A stretch of 49,167 nt of DNA, from assembly GCA_030603215.1 (NCBI GenBank), contig JAUVYF010000003.1, positions 1 to 49,167 on the forward strand, written 5' to 3'. Below the pieces are notes generated by a model. That model ran no database searches. It had not been told where the DNA came from and worked only from the letters and a program-made list of their open reading frames with translations. Source of the stretch: Candidatus Bipolaricaulota bacterium. Lineage in GTDB: Bacteria; Bipolaricaulota; Bipolaricaulia; UBA7950; UBA9294. The translations under genes were made by a program, and so were the position numbers. This document shows positions 27,117 to 40,018 of the stretch, piece by piece. The stretch's first letter is position 1. Every line of letters begins with the position of its first letter.

Positions 27117-29354
27117 TCAGTTGTCGCTGTCCTGCTGGCGAATCACAAGTGCATCGGCCATCGCTGCAGCATCGATGCTAACATGGTCCCCCGCACTAAT
27201 CTCACCAGAGATAACCTTCGCTGCAAGTGGATTCTCCACCAGGCGTTTCAGTGCTCGCTCCAGCGGCCGCGCGCCATAATGGGGATTGTATCCCTCTTTG
27301 ACAAGGACTTTTCTCGCTTCATCAGTAAGAATAAGTGTAATCTGTTGCTCAAGAAGACGTTCACTTAATTTGGCAATTTTGAGATCAACGATCTTCAAAA
27401 TGTTCTCTTCCGAAAGCGAGTGGAAAATAACAATTTCATCAATTCGGTTTAGAAACTCTGGGCGGAACGTACGTTTCAGGTCCTCCTGAATCCGTTCGTG
27501 GATCACCTCTTCTGCCTCGTCAGTAGCAAAGTGCTCACTCCCTAGATTGGAAGTCATGATGATGATCGTGTGCCGGAAATCGACGGTATGACCATGTCCA
27601 TCAGTCAGCCTCCCTTCATCAAGAAGCTGCAGCAGAATATTGATTACTTGCGGATGTGCCTTTTCCACCTCATCAAACAGAACTACCTGATAAGGGCGCC
27701 GTCTGACTGCCTCCGTAAGCTGACCACCCTCTTCGTATCCCACATAGCCAGGGGGAGAACCAATCAAACGCGCAACAGCGTGGCGCTCCATGTACTCGGA
27801 CATGTCAATCCTAAGAAGTGCACTTTCGCTGTCAAACAGGAAAGCGGCAAGTGCCTTAGCAAGCTCCGTTTTTCCCACTCCCGTTGGCCCAAGAAAGAAG
27901 AATGTGCCAATCGGCCGATGAGGATCTGCAAACCCGGCACGTGAGTGCCTCACCGCTTCCGCAATGACACGCACACCCTCTTGTTGATCAATGACACGCT
28001 CATGAAGAAGCTCCTCCATCTTGATAAGCCGCGTTCTTTCTTGCGCCAGCATTCGGCTAACGGGGATACCAGTCCACTGAGAAACTACCGCTGCAATCTG
28101 TTCTTCAGTTACATCATCTTTACTTCCTTCCACTCGTATCCGGCTGGCAGCCTCATCAACAAGATCGATCGCCTTGTCTGGGAGAAAGCGTTCGGCAATG
28201 TAGCGCTCGGAGAGTTTTGCCGCCGCGTGAAGCGCATCATCCTTGATTCTCACATGGTGATGCTCTTCCAGCTTCCCTCGTAACCCTTTTAAGATCTCTA
28301 CAGTCTCTTCCGGAGTAGACTCGCGCACAAACACCTTTTGAACGCGTCGCTCAAGGGCAGAATCCCGCTCAATGTGCTCACGATATTCATCAAGGGTAGT
28401 TGCTCCAATCAGTTGAAACTTCCCACGTGATAGCGGCTCTTTCAGCATGTTGGAAGCATCGATTGCTCCTTCAGCCGCTCCAGCTCCGACTATGGTGTGC
28501 AGCTCATCTATGAAGACTATTGTTTTTCCCGCAGAAGCCTCAATGTCCTTGATCACTGCTTTTAACCGATCTTCGAACTCGCCACGGAACTTGGATCCCG
28601 CAACCATCGCAGCAATGTCTAAGCTGACTATCTCCTTTCCATGCAAGGTGTCAGGAACCTCTTCCGCGACGATTTGCTGAGCCAATCCCTCAACAATTGC
28701 TGTCTTGCCAACGCCTGGCTCGCCAATGAGAACAGGGTTGTTCTTGCGGCGGCGAGAGAGAATCTGTTCCATACGATGAACCTCCTCCTCGCGTCCAATC
28801 ACCGGGTCCAGCTCGCCGCGGCTGGCCATTTCTGTGAGGTTCGTGGAGTACTTCTTTAGGATCTGATAGCGTTCCTCCGATGATTGATCTGTTATCCGTT
28901 GTTCTCCCCGCACGCCGCGCAGCGCGGAGTAAACTGACTCTACGCTAATCTGATGCCGGTCTAATACGCGCCTTAGATCTCGATTGGTTGTTCGACTAAT
29001 CGACAGGAGAAGGTGATCTACTCCAGTGTATTCATCATGTAAGCGCTCGGCCTCCATCTGCGCCCCCGCGACAACCGCATCCAAACGAGGTGTGATATAT
29101 ATCTGCGCGCCAACAGGACCAGAAATAGACGGCTTACCTTTTAACAGAAGATCAAGGTCCTTTGCTAATCCAACCAGATTAACCCCCATCTCCTGCAAGA
29201 TATCTCGCCCAACCCCCTCTTTGCTAACTAGCACGTCGAAGATGTGTTCTACATCAAGTTGATTATGTTTGTAGCGGGTTAGCAGATCTTGTGCATCGTG
29301 AAACAGTTCCTGTGCTCCTTGTGTTAGCTTATCAAACCTAATCATCGCGCTCAC
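27117..29354 (-). CDS. Class I Clp/Hsp100 ATPase (ClpB/ClpC-like, no middle domain)
   Basis: Clp N domain; NBD1 [23 protein letters not shown]; NBD2 [32 protein letters not shown]. Confidence 0.92.
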   Translation of the reverse strand: MSAMIRFDKLTQGAQELFHDAQDLLTRYKHNQLDVEHIFDVLVSKEGVGRDILQEMGVNLVGLAKDLDLLLKGKPSISGPVGAQIYITPRLDAVVAGAQMEAERLHDEYTGVDHLLLSISRTTNRDLRRVLDRHQISVESVYSALRGVRGEQRITDQSSEERYQILKKYSTNLTEMASRGELDPVIGREEEVHRMEQILSRRRKNNPVLIGEPGVGKTAIVEGLAQQIVAEEVPDTLHGKEIVSLDIAAMVAGSKFRGEFEDRLKAVIKDIEASAGKTIVFIDELHTIVGAGAAEGAIDASNMLKEPLSRGKFQLIGATTLDEYREHIERDSALERRVQKVFVRESTPEETVEILKGLRGKLEEHHHVRIKDDALHAAAKLSERYIAERFLPDKAIDLVDEAASRIRVEGSKDDVTEEQIAAVVSQWTGIPVSRMLAQERTRLIKMEELLHERVIDQQEGVRVIAEAVRHSRAGFADPHRPIGTFFFLGPTGVGKTELAKALAAFLFDSESALLRIDMSEYMERHAVARLIGSPPGYVGYEEGGQLTEAVRRRPYQVVLFDEVEKAHPQVINILLQLLDEGRLTDGHGHTVDFRHTIIIMTSNLGSEHFATDEAEEVIHERIQEDLKRTFRPEFLNRIDEIVIFHSLSEENILKIVDLKIAKLSERLLEQQITLILTDEARKVLVKEGYNPHYGARPLERALKRLVENPLAAKVISGEISAGDHVSIDAAAMADALVIRQQDSDN

Positions 29355-29361
29355 CCCCCAA

Positions 29362-29388
29362 TTAGCAGTCTCATGCCTTAACTGCTAA
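29362..29388. promoter_or_regulatory. CIRCE-like element (HrcA operator)
   Basis: TTAGCAGTC-N9-AACTGCTAA versus the consensus TTAGCACTC-N9-GAGTGCTAA, between the promoter and the clp start. Confidence 0.82.
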
Positions 29389-29416
29389 TTATAGATTAAG
29401 AGAATGACTAAGTCAA
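29388..29416 (-). promoter_or_regulatory. Sigma70 promoter of the clp gene
   Basis: Minus strand TTGACT-N17-TATAAT. Confidence 0.82.
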
Positions 29417-29574
29417 GGGAAACCTCTATAGATAGTCTCTTAGAAGAACGGGGTATTGGGAGTAGCCCTTCTGGCTAGCAGATATCAGCGCCTCAAGCCA
29501 GTTCTGCAAAGACACGAGGGAACAGGCATAGGCTTCGCTATATTCACACCATGAGCCCTGAGTCTACAATCTGC

Positions 29575-30312
29575 TTATAATTCCTTATAGATTATTACGA
29601 AGGCAAGGACCATAACCAGTATTGCGAGCCCCCCTTCTAGCCATGTAGACTTAGTCTTCAGTGATGCCTTGCTGCCAATTCTTGCGCCAATTACCGACCC
29701 TATGAGCACAAATATTGCTGGCAGCCAAACTATATCGCCGCGATGCCAGTAGATAGCTGCGGCAGCGATAGCTGTAAAGATGGTTACGAATAGCGACGTG
29801 GCAATTGCGTTATGAATGCTGAGTTTCATGACTCTTAAGAAAGGCGGGAATAGAGTGCCGCCGCTTCCACCACGCATGCCAGCTACCAGGCTTAACAACA
29901 AGGAACCGGCGATGATGTTCCATGAGCCTGGTTCTATCTTGCGCGCAAGCGCCGGAGCAATTCTATCAAGATAGATTCCAAGTACAGTCATGACAGAAAC
30001 GACGACGAAGATAACTACTAGGGCCAGCACTGAAATCAGTCCGGCAAAAAGAGCGCCCATTACTGAACCTAAGGTTCCACCAATTATCATGTACGCGGCA
30101 ACTTTCTTGTTTATATTTCTTCTTTGACTTATCGCCCCTATCGATGACGATAAGGGTATAACCAGCAGGTTAATCGCGAAGGCATTCAACAAAGGTAGCC
30201 CAGCCAGATTAAGCAAGGGTATCCTGACCGGACCTCCGCCAATCCCAAACATACCGCTCATGAAACCTGAGAAAAGCCCAATAAACAGATAGATTATGCT
30301 TTCCACTGTCAA
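29575..30312 (-). CDS. TauE/SafE (TSUP) family membrane transporter
   Basis: G..SGMFGIGGG and G..GGSGG repeats, AIATSL, multiple TM helices. Confidence 0.85.
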   Translation of the reverse strand: MTVESIIYLFIGLFSGFMSGMFGIGGGPVRIPLLNLAGLPLLNAFAINLLVIPLSSSIGAISQRRNINKKVAAYMIIGGTLGSVMGALFAGLISVLALVVIFVVVSVMTVLGIYLDRIAPALARKIEPGSWNIIAGSLLLSLVAGMRGGSGGTLFPPFLRVMKLSIHNAIATSLFVTIFTAIAAAAIYWHRGDIVWLPAIFVLIGSVIGARIGSKASLKTKSTWLEGGLAILVMVLAFVIIYKEL

Positions 30313-30476
30313 CTATCTTCTCTCAAGAATAATCCTATCGGGCCCAGACTGATTTCTTGTTTGCTCCGCATCTTCTCTTCTTGTCTCCAGATGTTGTATT
30401 CCAGCCAGGCGCTGTCTACTCCCTAGGATAGCTCTCTGACCTCTCTCTCTTAAGCCTTTGCGTTGGTTAAGAAAAG

Positions 30477-30827
30477 CTAGCCTTTTCCATCGGTCGGGGA
30501 ACTCTGGAGGATGTCATCAATCTTTGCCTGGATGGTATGCTCGGTGGCGGCCCCAAGGATTTCGTCAACCTTCTGTCCATCAACAAAGAACATCTGCATC
30601 GGTATGCTCATAATCTTGTATTTCATCGCCATTTGCTGGTTTTCATCCACATTGATCTTGCAGAACTTGAACCTGCCTTCATATTCCTCCGAAAACTTGT
30701 CATATATGGGTAGGACCATCTTGCACGGACCACACCAGGGCGCCCAAAAATCAACCTCTGCGGGAAGGTCTGCCCCAAGAACTTCCTCTTCAAAATTCTG
30801 ATCGGTAACGTCTATTACCTTGCTCAT
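30477..30827 (-). CDS. trxA: Thioredoxin
   Basis: DFWAPWCGPC; AAGGAGG SD. Confidence 0.93.
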   Translation of the reverse strand: MSKVIDVTDQNFEEEVLGADLPAEVDFWAPWCGPCKMVLPIYDKFSEEYEGRFKFCKINVDENQQMAMKYKIMSIPMQMFFVDGQKVDEILGAATEHTIQAKIDDILQSSPTDGKG

Positions 30828-30943
30828 CTTACCTCCTTAGCATTTGTTCTTAGTCAGTCAACCTTTCCCGAGATCTAAGATCTTACGATTCTTCTTAGTC
30901 TTTCCTAATCCTTATCCTCTCCAGTACCTTGAAGGTCTGCGAT

Positions 30944-31870
30944 TCAAGCTCCATTTCTTGTCTGTTGAAGGTATTTGAAGACAGAGATGGCAGCAGTAAC
31001 ACCATCGCCAACCGCGGTACCGATCTGGCGCAGTGAGTTCTGCCGGATATCACCGGCAGCGAAAACGCCAGGGGCCGAGGTAGCCCGCCGTTCATCAGTA
31101 ATGATGTAGCCACTATTCCCGAGCTCCAAGATGTTGGAAAAGCTCCGGCTATTAGGCGTGAACCCTATGGCAATAAAGACTCCACCCACTTTCAGAATAG
31201 ATTCCTGGCCTGTTTTCACGTCACGTAGTTTAAGGCCATCTACCGTTCTCTCTCCCAAGACCTCCTCTACCACCATGCTCCAGATGAACTCCAGCTTTGA
31301 ATGGGCAAAGGCTCGCTGTTGAAGAACCTGTCCTGCCCGTAGCTGGTCCCGCCGATGTATTACGTAAACCTTCTTAGCATATTGGGCCAGCTCCAGAGCA
31401 TCGGTAATAGCGGTATCGCCTCCTCCTACCACTGCTATCTCTTTGTTGCGAAAAAAGAAACCATCACAGGTAGCACAATAGGAAACACCTCTACCTGAAA
31501 GCCTTTTCTCGCCAGCGACTCCCAGCTTGCGATATTCTGAACCAGCAGCGATGACTATCGCTGTAGCCTCAAGGTTGCCCTCGGTTGTAGAGACACGATA
31601 GGGTTGTCCTTGAGTAAGGTCTGTAGCCTCAACAGTCACAACCTCTAGCCCGTATCTGGTAGCCTGTCGATGCATGAGCAAACACAGCTCGGGGCCGGAG
31701 ACACCCTCAGGAAAACCAGGATAATTTTCTACTAGAGTGGTATTCATCATCTGACCCCCTAGTGCTCCGCGCTCCACCAGTAGGCTTCTAAGCCCTGCCC
31801 GTGAGGTATAGAGTCCAGCGGTAAGCCCAGCTGGACCACCTCCAATGATGATTACTTCATGTGTGGCCAA
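30944..31870 (-). CDS. trxB: Thioredoxin-disulfide reductase
   Basis: IIGGGPAG, GVSYCATCDG, GGGDTA, HRRD, FAAGD. Confidence 0.94.
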   Translation of the reverse strand: MATHEVIIIGGGPAGLTAGLYTSRAGLRSLLVERGALGGQMMNTTLVENYPGFPEGVSGPELCLLMHRQATRYGLEVVTVEATDLTQGQPYRVSTTEGNLEATAIVIAAGSEYRKLGVAGEKRLSGRGVSYCATCDGFFFRNKEIAVVGGGDTAITDALELAQYAKKVYVIHRRDQLRAGQVLQQRAFAHSKLEFIWSMVVEEVLGERTVDGLKLRDVKTGQESILKVGGVFIAIGFTPNSRSFSNILELGNSGYIITDERRATSAPGVFAAGDIRQNSLRQIGTAVGDGVTAAISVFKYLQQTRNGA

Positions 31871-32227
31871 TTCCCCACCCCTTTTTCGCTCCTCGCAGCC
31901 TTACCGGCCTTCTATACCATCGGTCATCATCCCTATCTCTTATCGCTTAGCGATCTCCACAAAACACCCACTTCTCCTTTTGGCTGTGAGGATTACCTTG
32001 TCTTCTTGTCACGAATGGTTCCTCCTAGCAACTCAGTGAATCCCTTCTCCTCCACCGCTTACGGATAAAGTATTACTAGGATATCAATGTATTGGCAAGG
32101 TGACAATAGGCCTTTCATCTGTGTGAGCGTACCAGTATTATCCTCTTGAGAATAGAGGAATTGACGATCAGACTACAAATGAGTACAGTAACAACATCCT
32201 GAATATCGGTTTTGATAGGGGAGGAAC

Positions 32228-32806
32228 ATGTCAGTCAACGCGCCAACTCGAGACGAAGCACTTACTTTATTGAAGGAGTTTAATCACACCAGCAGCCTAG
32301 TTAAACACGCTCTGGCAGTAGAGGGTGTTATGCGCTACATGGCAAGAAAACACGGCGAAGACGAGGAAAAATGGGGGATTATTGGCCTTGTACATGACCT
32401 CGATTATGAGCGCTACCCGGAACAACACTGCAAGAAAACAAAGGAGATTCTGACCGAGCGCGGCTGGCCTGAGGACTATATCCATGCCATCATGTCCCAC
32501 GGCTGGGGGTTAGTAACCGATATCAAACCAGAAGACGAAATGGAGAAAGTGCTTTACGCCATAGATGAACTCACCGGCCTGATAGTGGCAACGGCTCTCG
32601 TGCGCCCATCTAAGAGCGTGTTAGACATGAAGGTCAAATCACTCAAGAAGAAGTGGAAGGACAAGAGCTTTGCGGCTGGAGTCAACCGAGAAGTGATCCA
32701 AAACGGAGCACAAATGCTCGGGGTGGAACTTGACGACCTCTTTTCCGACACAATTATGGCAATGCGCGAGGTTGCGGAGGCAATTGATCTAAAGGGAGCC
32801 GCCTAG
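32228..32806 (+). CDS. HD (HDIG-like) domain hydrolase
   Basis: KHALAVE, VHDLDYE, SHG, DELTGL; GGAGG SD; TTGACG-N17-TACAGT at 32161-32189. Confidence 0.87.
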   Translation: MSVNAPTRDEALTLLKEFNHTSSLVKHALAVEGVMRYMARKHGEDEEKWGIIGLVHDLDYERYPEQHCKKTKEILTERGWPEDYIHAIMSHGWGLVTDIKPEDEMEKVLYAIDELTGLIVATALVRPSKSVLDMKVKSLKKKWKDKSFAAGVNREVIQNGAQMLGVELDDLFSDTIMAMREVAEAIDLKGAA

Positions 32807-34437
32807 TACCCTATTGCGCAGCCATCTTTGCGAGGTTCACTCCCACCGTAGAGCATGTTTGTAACGGGATCCATCCAAATTCCTTGGTAGCCGCCATAGC
32901 CATCTTGTCGATACTCCACACAATGCCCTTTCTCTCTTAATCCTGTGGCAACTGCTGCGGGAATCCCTGGCTCCAGGTAGACAATTCCTCCGTCGTGCAT
33001 TGCATGCCCTATCGGACTACAGGAGCCAGCATGGCGAAAACGCAGTGCATCGCCTGCCCGCTGCGCATCCATGTGAAAATCGATGATATTGAGGAGAATC
33101 TGTACTTGTCCCTGCGGTTGCTGGTCGCCTCCCATCACCCCAAACGAGAAAACAGGCTTTCCCTTCTGTGTAACAAAACCTGGAATAATCGTGTGAAACG
33201 GGCGCTTATGTGCCTCTAGCCGATTTGGATGATCTCGGTCAAGACTAAACAAAGTTCCTCTATTCTGTAACACAAAGCCTAGGTGACCAGGAACAATTCC
33301 AGAGCCAAAACCACGATACACACTTTGAATAAGCGACACGGCATTTCGATCTCCATCAACCACAGTGAGGTAAACCGTGTCCCCATTGTTCAGGCACGGA
33401 TCGCCTGGGGGAACTTCTGCTGCTGCTTTTTCAAGATTGATCCGTGTCCGTTGCCCACGGGCGTAACCTTCTTCAATTAGCCCCTCTACCGGCACATCAG
33501 AATAGTCGGGATCAGCATAGAATCGTGCTCGGTCGGCATAGGCAAGCTTTTTTGCCTCGATGAGAAGATGCAGATAGTCCGTGCTATTACGCCCCAACCT
33601 TTCGGGATCGAACCCGACGATAATCTGCAACATCTCAAGAACGGCTAACCCCTGCGTATTAGGAGGGAGCTCCCACACCTCGTAGCCATGGTAAGAAACA
33701 GAGAGTGGCTTAACCCAACTAGAAAAATGATCACTAAAATCAGCCGCACTAAGATAGCCGCCAACCTTATTGGAGAAAGAGACGATCTCTCTGGCGATTC
33801 TGCCACGATAGAAAGCATTTTTTCCGTTCTTGGCAATCAAAGAAAGGGTATCTGCTAAATCAGGGTTACGGAACACCGCTCCACAGGTGGGCGCTTTGCC
33901 ATGATGAAGAAAAGTCTCAGCCGCACACGGGTCTTCGCTCAACAGCTTGGTCGCTTCTTGCCATGCCCTGGCAATTACCGGCGTCACCGGAAAGCCAGTC
34001 TTGGCATAGTGAATCGCGGGAGCAAGGATGTCAGTTATCGGAAGCCTGCCAAACCGCTCATGCAGAGCAAACCAGCCATCGACACAGCCGGGAATAGTCC
34101 AAGACAACGGCCCGCGCAGGGGAATCTGTCTAAGCCCCTTGTTTGTAAGCGTCTCACGGCTAAAAGAATGTGGCGAGCGCCCACTTCCATTAAGGCCAAT
34201 GAGGCTTTTTGACCTGTCTTCCCACACGATGGCAAACAGATCCCCACCGACACCACAACTCATTGGCTCCACTAAACCAAGCATCGCGTTCACCGCGATC
34301 GCCGCATCAACTGCGGTTCCACCTGCTCTCAGGATGGCTATCCCTACCTGGACGGCAAGTGGTTGGCTTGTAGCCACCATACCTGTTGGTGTAATTACCA
34401 CCGATCGTCGAGCTGCATCGGTGCCACGTTCATCCAC
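32803..34437 (-). CDS. ggt: Gamma-glutamyltransferase (no signal peptide)
   Basis: GG.AVDAAIA, CGVGGD, PPNTQG, GDTVY nucleophile Thr, KRPFHTIIP, GVMGG. Confidence 0.92.
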   Translation of the reverse strand: MDERGTDAARRSVVITPTGMVATSQPLAVQVGIAILRAGGTAVDAAIAVNAMLGLVEPMSCGVGGDLFAIVWEDRSKSLIGLNGSGRSPHSFSRETLTNKGLRQIPLRGPLSWTIPGCVDGWFALHERFGRLPITDILAPAIHYAKTGFPVTPVIARAWQEATKLLSEDPCAAETFLHHGKAPTCGAVFRNPDLADTLSLIAKNGKNAFYRGRIAREIVSFSNKVGGYLSAADFSDHFSSWVKPLSVSYHGYEVWELPPNTQGLAVLEMLQIIVGFDPERLGRNSTDYLHLLIEAKKLAYADRARFYADPDYSDVPVEGLIEEGYARGQRTRINLEKAAAEVPPGDPCLNNGDTVYLTVVDGDRNAVSLIQSVYRGFGSGIVPGHLGFVLQNRGTLFSLDRDHPNRLEAHKRPFHTIIPGFVTQKGKPVFSFGVMGGDQQPQGQVQILLNIIDFHMDAQRAGDALRFRHAGSCSPIGHAMHDGGIVYLEPGIPAAVATGLREKGHCVEYRQDGYGGYQGIWMDPVTNMLYGGSEPRKDGCAIGY

Positions 34438-34534
34438 TTCTATCCCGCCCTTCTCTTTGTTCGCGTGCCAAGAGAATAACGGGCCCTCTTATGAAAAGTA
34501 GCCCGCGTCTTTTTCGTCTTTGGGGATCCAGATT

Positions 34535-34610
34535 TGGTGGGTGGTACAGGACTTGAACCTGTGGCCTCATGCACGTCAAGCATGCGCTCTCCCAACTGAG
34601 CTAACCACCC
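34535..34610 (-). tRNA. tRNA-Val(GAC)
   Basis: 76-nt cloverleaf GGGTGGTTAGCTCAG...CATGC-TTGACGT-GCATG...GGTTCAAGTCC...ACCA with encoded CCA. Confidence 0.95.
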
Positions 34611-34622
34611 CTACGCCCGAAA

Positions 34623-34694
34623 AGGCGGCGAGCGGATTCGAACCGCTGAGTCGGGGATTTGCAGTCCCATGCCTTTCCACTTGGCTACGCCGCC
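34623..34694 (-). tRNA. tRNA-Cys(GCA)
   Basis: GGCGGCGTAGCCAAGTGG...GGGA-CTGCAAA-TCCC...GGTTCGAATCC; U discriminator; CCA not encoded. Confidence 0.93.
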
Positions 34695-34704
34695 AAACAG
34701 GACA

Positions 34705-34733
34705 AGTATAGGATCTTTCTAATCTCGCGTCAA
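34705..34733 (-). promoter_or_regulatory. Sigma70 promoter of the tRNA pair
   Basis: Minus strand TTGACG-N17-TATACT. Confidence 0.8.
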
Positions 34734-34822
34734 CAAATTATCTTCCCAATAACTGCCAAAAGAGAACCCACTCGATAGTTGAGGCAGCTAGAGAATGATT
34801 AGACATTCACCGCTTGAGTTTC

Positions 34823-37145
<2,323 letters not shown>

Positions 37146-38657
37146 CTAACCTCCGAAGCGCTCCTTGAATTCAACCACCGCTTTCTCCAACAACCGCCTA
37201 ATCTCATCAGTAATTTCGCACTTCTTGGCTAAGGCCTTCATGATCTGTTCATGCTCGGAATGGAGGAAACGGAGCCATTCCTCAAGGAAAGGGCGCACCT
37301 TGGGCAACGCTAGATCAGCCAAATGGTTCTCCACTGCTACATACAAAGAGACAATCTGTTTCTCAACCGCCATCGGCTTATACTGTTCTTGCTTTAACAC
37401 CTCCATCAATCGGTCTCCACGAGCAAGTTGCGCTTTTGATTCCTCATCAAGATCAGCGGAAAACTCGGCAAATGCCTCCAGTTCTCGGTACTGGGAAAGC
37501 TCTAACCGAAGGTGGCCGGCAATCTGTTTCATTGCCTTGGTTTGTGCCGCTCCGCCCACACGAGAAACTGACTTGCCCACATTGATTGCTGGGCGAAATC
37601 CCTGATTGAATAGGTCGGTTTCCAGATAAATTTGACCATCTGTAATAGAGATAACATTCGTTGGAATATAGCCAGTAATATCGCCAGCCTTTGTTTCGAT
37701 AATAGGGAAAGCAGTAAGAGACCCGCCTCCGTGCTCATCAGACAGGCGCACCGCTCGTTCCAACAGCCGAGAGTGAGTATAGAAAATGTCTCCGGGGTAT
37801 GCCTCTCTTCCTGGCGGCCGCCGAAGGAGCAATGACATTTCGCGGTACGCAACCGCATGTTTAGACAGGTCATCATAGATAACAAATGCATCCTTGCCGC
37901 TGTAGGTAAAGTACTCAGCCATGGCACAACCAGCGTAGGGAGCAAGATACTGCATTGGTGTAGGTTCGTCTGCCTCTGCGGCAACAACAATCGTATAGCC
38001 CATTGCGCCATGGCGCTCTAGCGCCTCTACTACTCGAGCAATAGTTGAAGTCTTCTGTCCAATAGCAACATAAACACAAGCCACATCGGCGTCTTTCTGG
38101 TTGATAATCGCATCGACCGCAATTGCTGTCTTGCCCGTACGGCGGTCGCCAATTATCAGCTCTCGCTGCCCGCGGCCAATCGGAGTAAGAGCATCGATTG
38201 ACTTGAGACCCGTCTGAAGCGGTGTATCGACCGGTTGGCGCTGTATTACTCCCGGTGCTTTAAGCTCTGCTTTACGTCTCTCGGAAAAAGAAATCGGCCC
38301 TTTTCCATCTTTAGGGCGGCCAAGCGCATCAACAACTCGCCCAAGAAGACCTTCGCCAACCACTGCCTCCAATACACGGCCCGTGCGTCGTACCTCGTCT
38401 CCTTCCTGTACGCACTCACTTTCTCCGAACAGAGCTACGCCAACGCTTTCTTCCTCTAGATTGAGGATTAGTCCATAGATATCGTTTGGAAACTCCACGA
38501 TTTCTGCGGACATCGCCCTCTGTAATCCAAATACACGAGCGATCCCGTCTCCTACCTCAACAACTACTCCAACCTCGTTCATTTCCAGGTCGTAGTCAAA
38601 TCCCCTTATCTGTTCCTTAAGTATGGCGCTAATCTCATCCTTACGCATTACTGGCAC
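37146..38657 (-). CDS. atpA: F1 ATP synthase alpha subunit
   Basis: [41 protein letters not shown]. Confidence 0.97.
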   Translation of the reverse strand: MPVMRKDEISAILKEQIRGFDYDLEMNEVGVVVEVGDGIARVFGLQRAMSAEIVEFPNDIYGLILNLEEESVGVALFGESECVQEGDEVRRTGRVLEAVVGEGLLGRVVDALGRPKDGKGPISFSERRKAELKAPGVIQRQPVDTPLQTGLKSIDALTPIGRGQRELIIGDRRTGKTAIAVDAIINQKDADVACVYVAIGQKTSTIARVVEALERHGAMGYTIVVAAEADEPTPMQYLAPYAGCAMAEYFTYSGKDAFVIYDDLSKHAVAYREMSLLLRRPPGREAYPGDIFYTHSRLLERAVRLSDEHGGGSLTAFPIIETKAGDITGYIPTNVISITDGQIYLETDLFNQGFRPAINVGKSVSRVGGAAQTKAMKQIAGHLRLELSQYRELEAFAEFSADLDEESKAQLARGDRLMEVLKQEQYKPMAVEKQIVSLYVAVENHLADLALPKVRPFLEEWLRFLHSEHEQIMKALAKKCEITDEIRRLLEKAVVEFKERFGG

Positions 38658-38668
38658 TCTTTTCCCCC

Positions 38669-39202
38669 TTATCCTTCGAGCAGGTTTTTCAACCCCCCAA
38701 GTTTGGCCCGTAATGTTCCATCAATTACTTTGCCGTTTATCTCTATTCTAACTCCGCTAAGAAGACTCGGGTCAACTTTCTCTTCCAGTTCTATTTGGCA
38801 CCCCATAGCTCTCCCAAGACAGGATACCAGTCGGGTATGATCCGTTGTGGATAACTTTCGGGCTACTGTTGCCTCTGCCTGCATTACGCCTTCTGCTTCA
38901 GCGCATAGTGTGATAAATTCCTTGTATATCAAACCGAGATAATTCTCTCGTCTGTTACGAACAAGCAAAAAAAACAGATTGAAAAGGTATGGAGAAAGCT
39001 CTGGGAAAGCGGTTTTCAATAACTTCATCTTTGCCTCACGAGGAACAAGCAAGTGCGTGAAAAAGCCATCAAATTCCGGAACCTCCGCAACAGCTGAAAG
39101 AACTTCCCGATATCCCTTCTCTACCTCCTCTATCCTGTCTTCTTCACAAGCAAGAGAGTGAAGTGCCTCGGCATAACGGCAGGCAATTTCCCGTGACTTC
39201 AC
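38669..39202 (-). CDS. atpH: F1 ATP synthase delta subunit
   Basis: RYAEAL start, VDPSLLSG...VIDGTL end, operon position. Confidence 0.9.
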   Translation of the reverse strand: MKSREIACRYAEALHSLACEEDRIEEVEKGYREVLSAVAEVPEFDGFFTHLLVPREAKMKLLKTAFPELSPYLFNLFFLLVRNRRENYLGLIYKEFITLCAEAEGVMQAEATVARKLSTTDHTRLVSCLGRAMGCQIELEEKVDPSLLSGVRIEINGKVIDGTLRAKLGGLKNLLEG

Positions 39203-39723
39203 AATTTCATCCTCAATGTGTCTTCCTCAAGCTCGGAAAGAAGATCATCGAGTAATCGGCGGTGATCGTCCAGATTTACCTCGCGGCCTAACACACGAGA
39301 AGCTCCCAACACAGCAATCTCGGCATAGGAACGCCGCAATTCATGTTTTGCCTCAGCCTGTTCTTGATCGATTTGCGCTCGGGCATTTTCCAGGATGTGC
39401 TCTACTTCTTTCTTTGCGCCATCCTTCCCTTGCCCAATAATTTCCTCTGCCTGTGCCCGGGCGGCCTCCACAATATGACGACTCTGTTTGTAAGCCGTCT
39501 GCAGGGCCCCTGTCCGCTCGGCAACCAGCTTTTTCGCCTGTTCCTCGTTTTTCCGCGCTGTTTCCATCTGCGTCGCCACCTGTTCACGCCGGCGATCCAA
39601 GTACTCTATTGCAGGCTTAAACAACAGTCGCTTCAATACGTACAGGAGGATGGCAAAATTAACGAGGTTGAATACGAAGGTCCAGTTTAGGGATGTAACA
39701 ACCTTTCCCCATTCTAAATGCAC
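39199..39723 (-). CDS. atpF: Fo subunit b
   Basis: N-terminal TM (NFAIL...FKP) followed by a charged coiled coil. Confidence 0.9.
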   Translation of the reverse strand: MHLEWGKVVTSLNWTFVFNLVNFAILLYVLKRLLFKPAIEYLDRRREQVATQMETARKNEEQAKKLVAERTGALQTAYKQSRHIVEAARAQAEEIIGQGKDGAKKEVEHILENARAQIDQEQAEAKHELRRSYAEIAVLGASRVLGREVNLDDHRRLLDDLLSELEEDTLRMKL

Positions 39724-39731
39724 GCTTACTC

Positions 39732-40004
39732 CTATACTACAAACAGAAGAACAATAGCCACTACCAAGGAATAAATCCCTGTCGACTCGGTGATTGCCTG
39801 GCCAAGGACCATCGTCCGCAGCAGCGCTCCTTCCATCTCCGGCTGTCGTGCCATCCCATCCAAGGCATGAGCCGCCACTATCCCCTCTCCAATTGCTGAT
39901 CCAATCGACCCTATTGCCATTACAAAACCAGCAGCAAGGTACTTCGCTGCTGTTGCAATATCTGCTCCGGAAATCTGCCCAACGATATTCTGTGCTTCTT
40001 CCAT
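39732..40004 (-). CDS. atpE: Fo subunit c (Na+-binding signature)
   Basis: Two TM helices, ARQPE loop, GEG in helix 1 and QAITESTGIY in helix 2. Confidence 0.95.
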   Translation of the reverse strand: MEEAQNIVGQISGADIATAAKYLAAGFVMAIGSIGSAIGEGIVAAHALDGMARQPEMEGALLRTMVLGQAITESTGIYSLVVAIVLLFVV

Positions 40005-40018
40005 CGTTTTCCTCCTGT

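Noticed and set aside
34535-34694. tRNA pair as an integration site
   Set aside because: No duplicated tRNA 3' end and no intact integrase seen in the window
34520-34711. 63-aa ORF on the plus strand
   Set aside because: Antisense to the two tRNA genes
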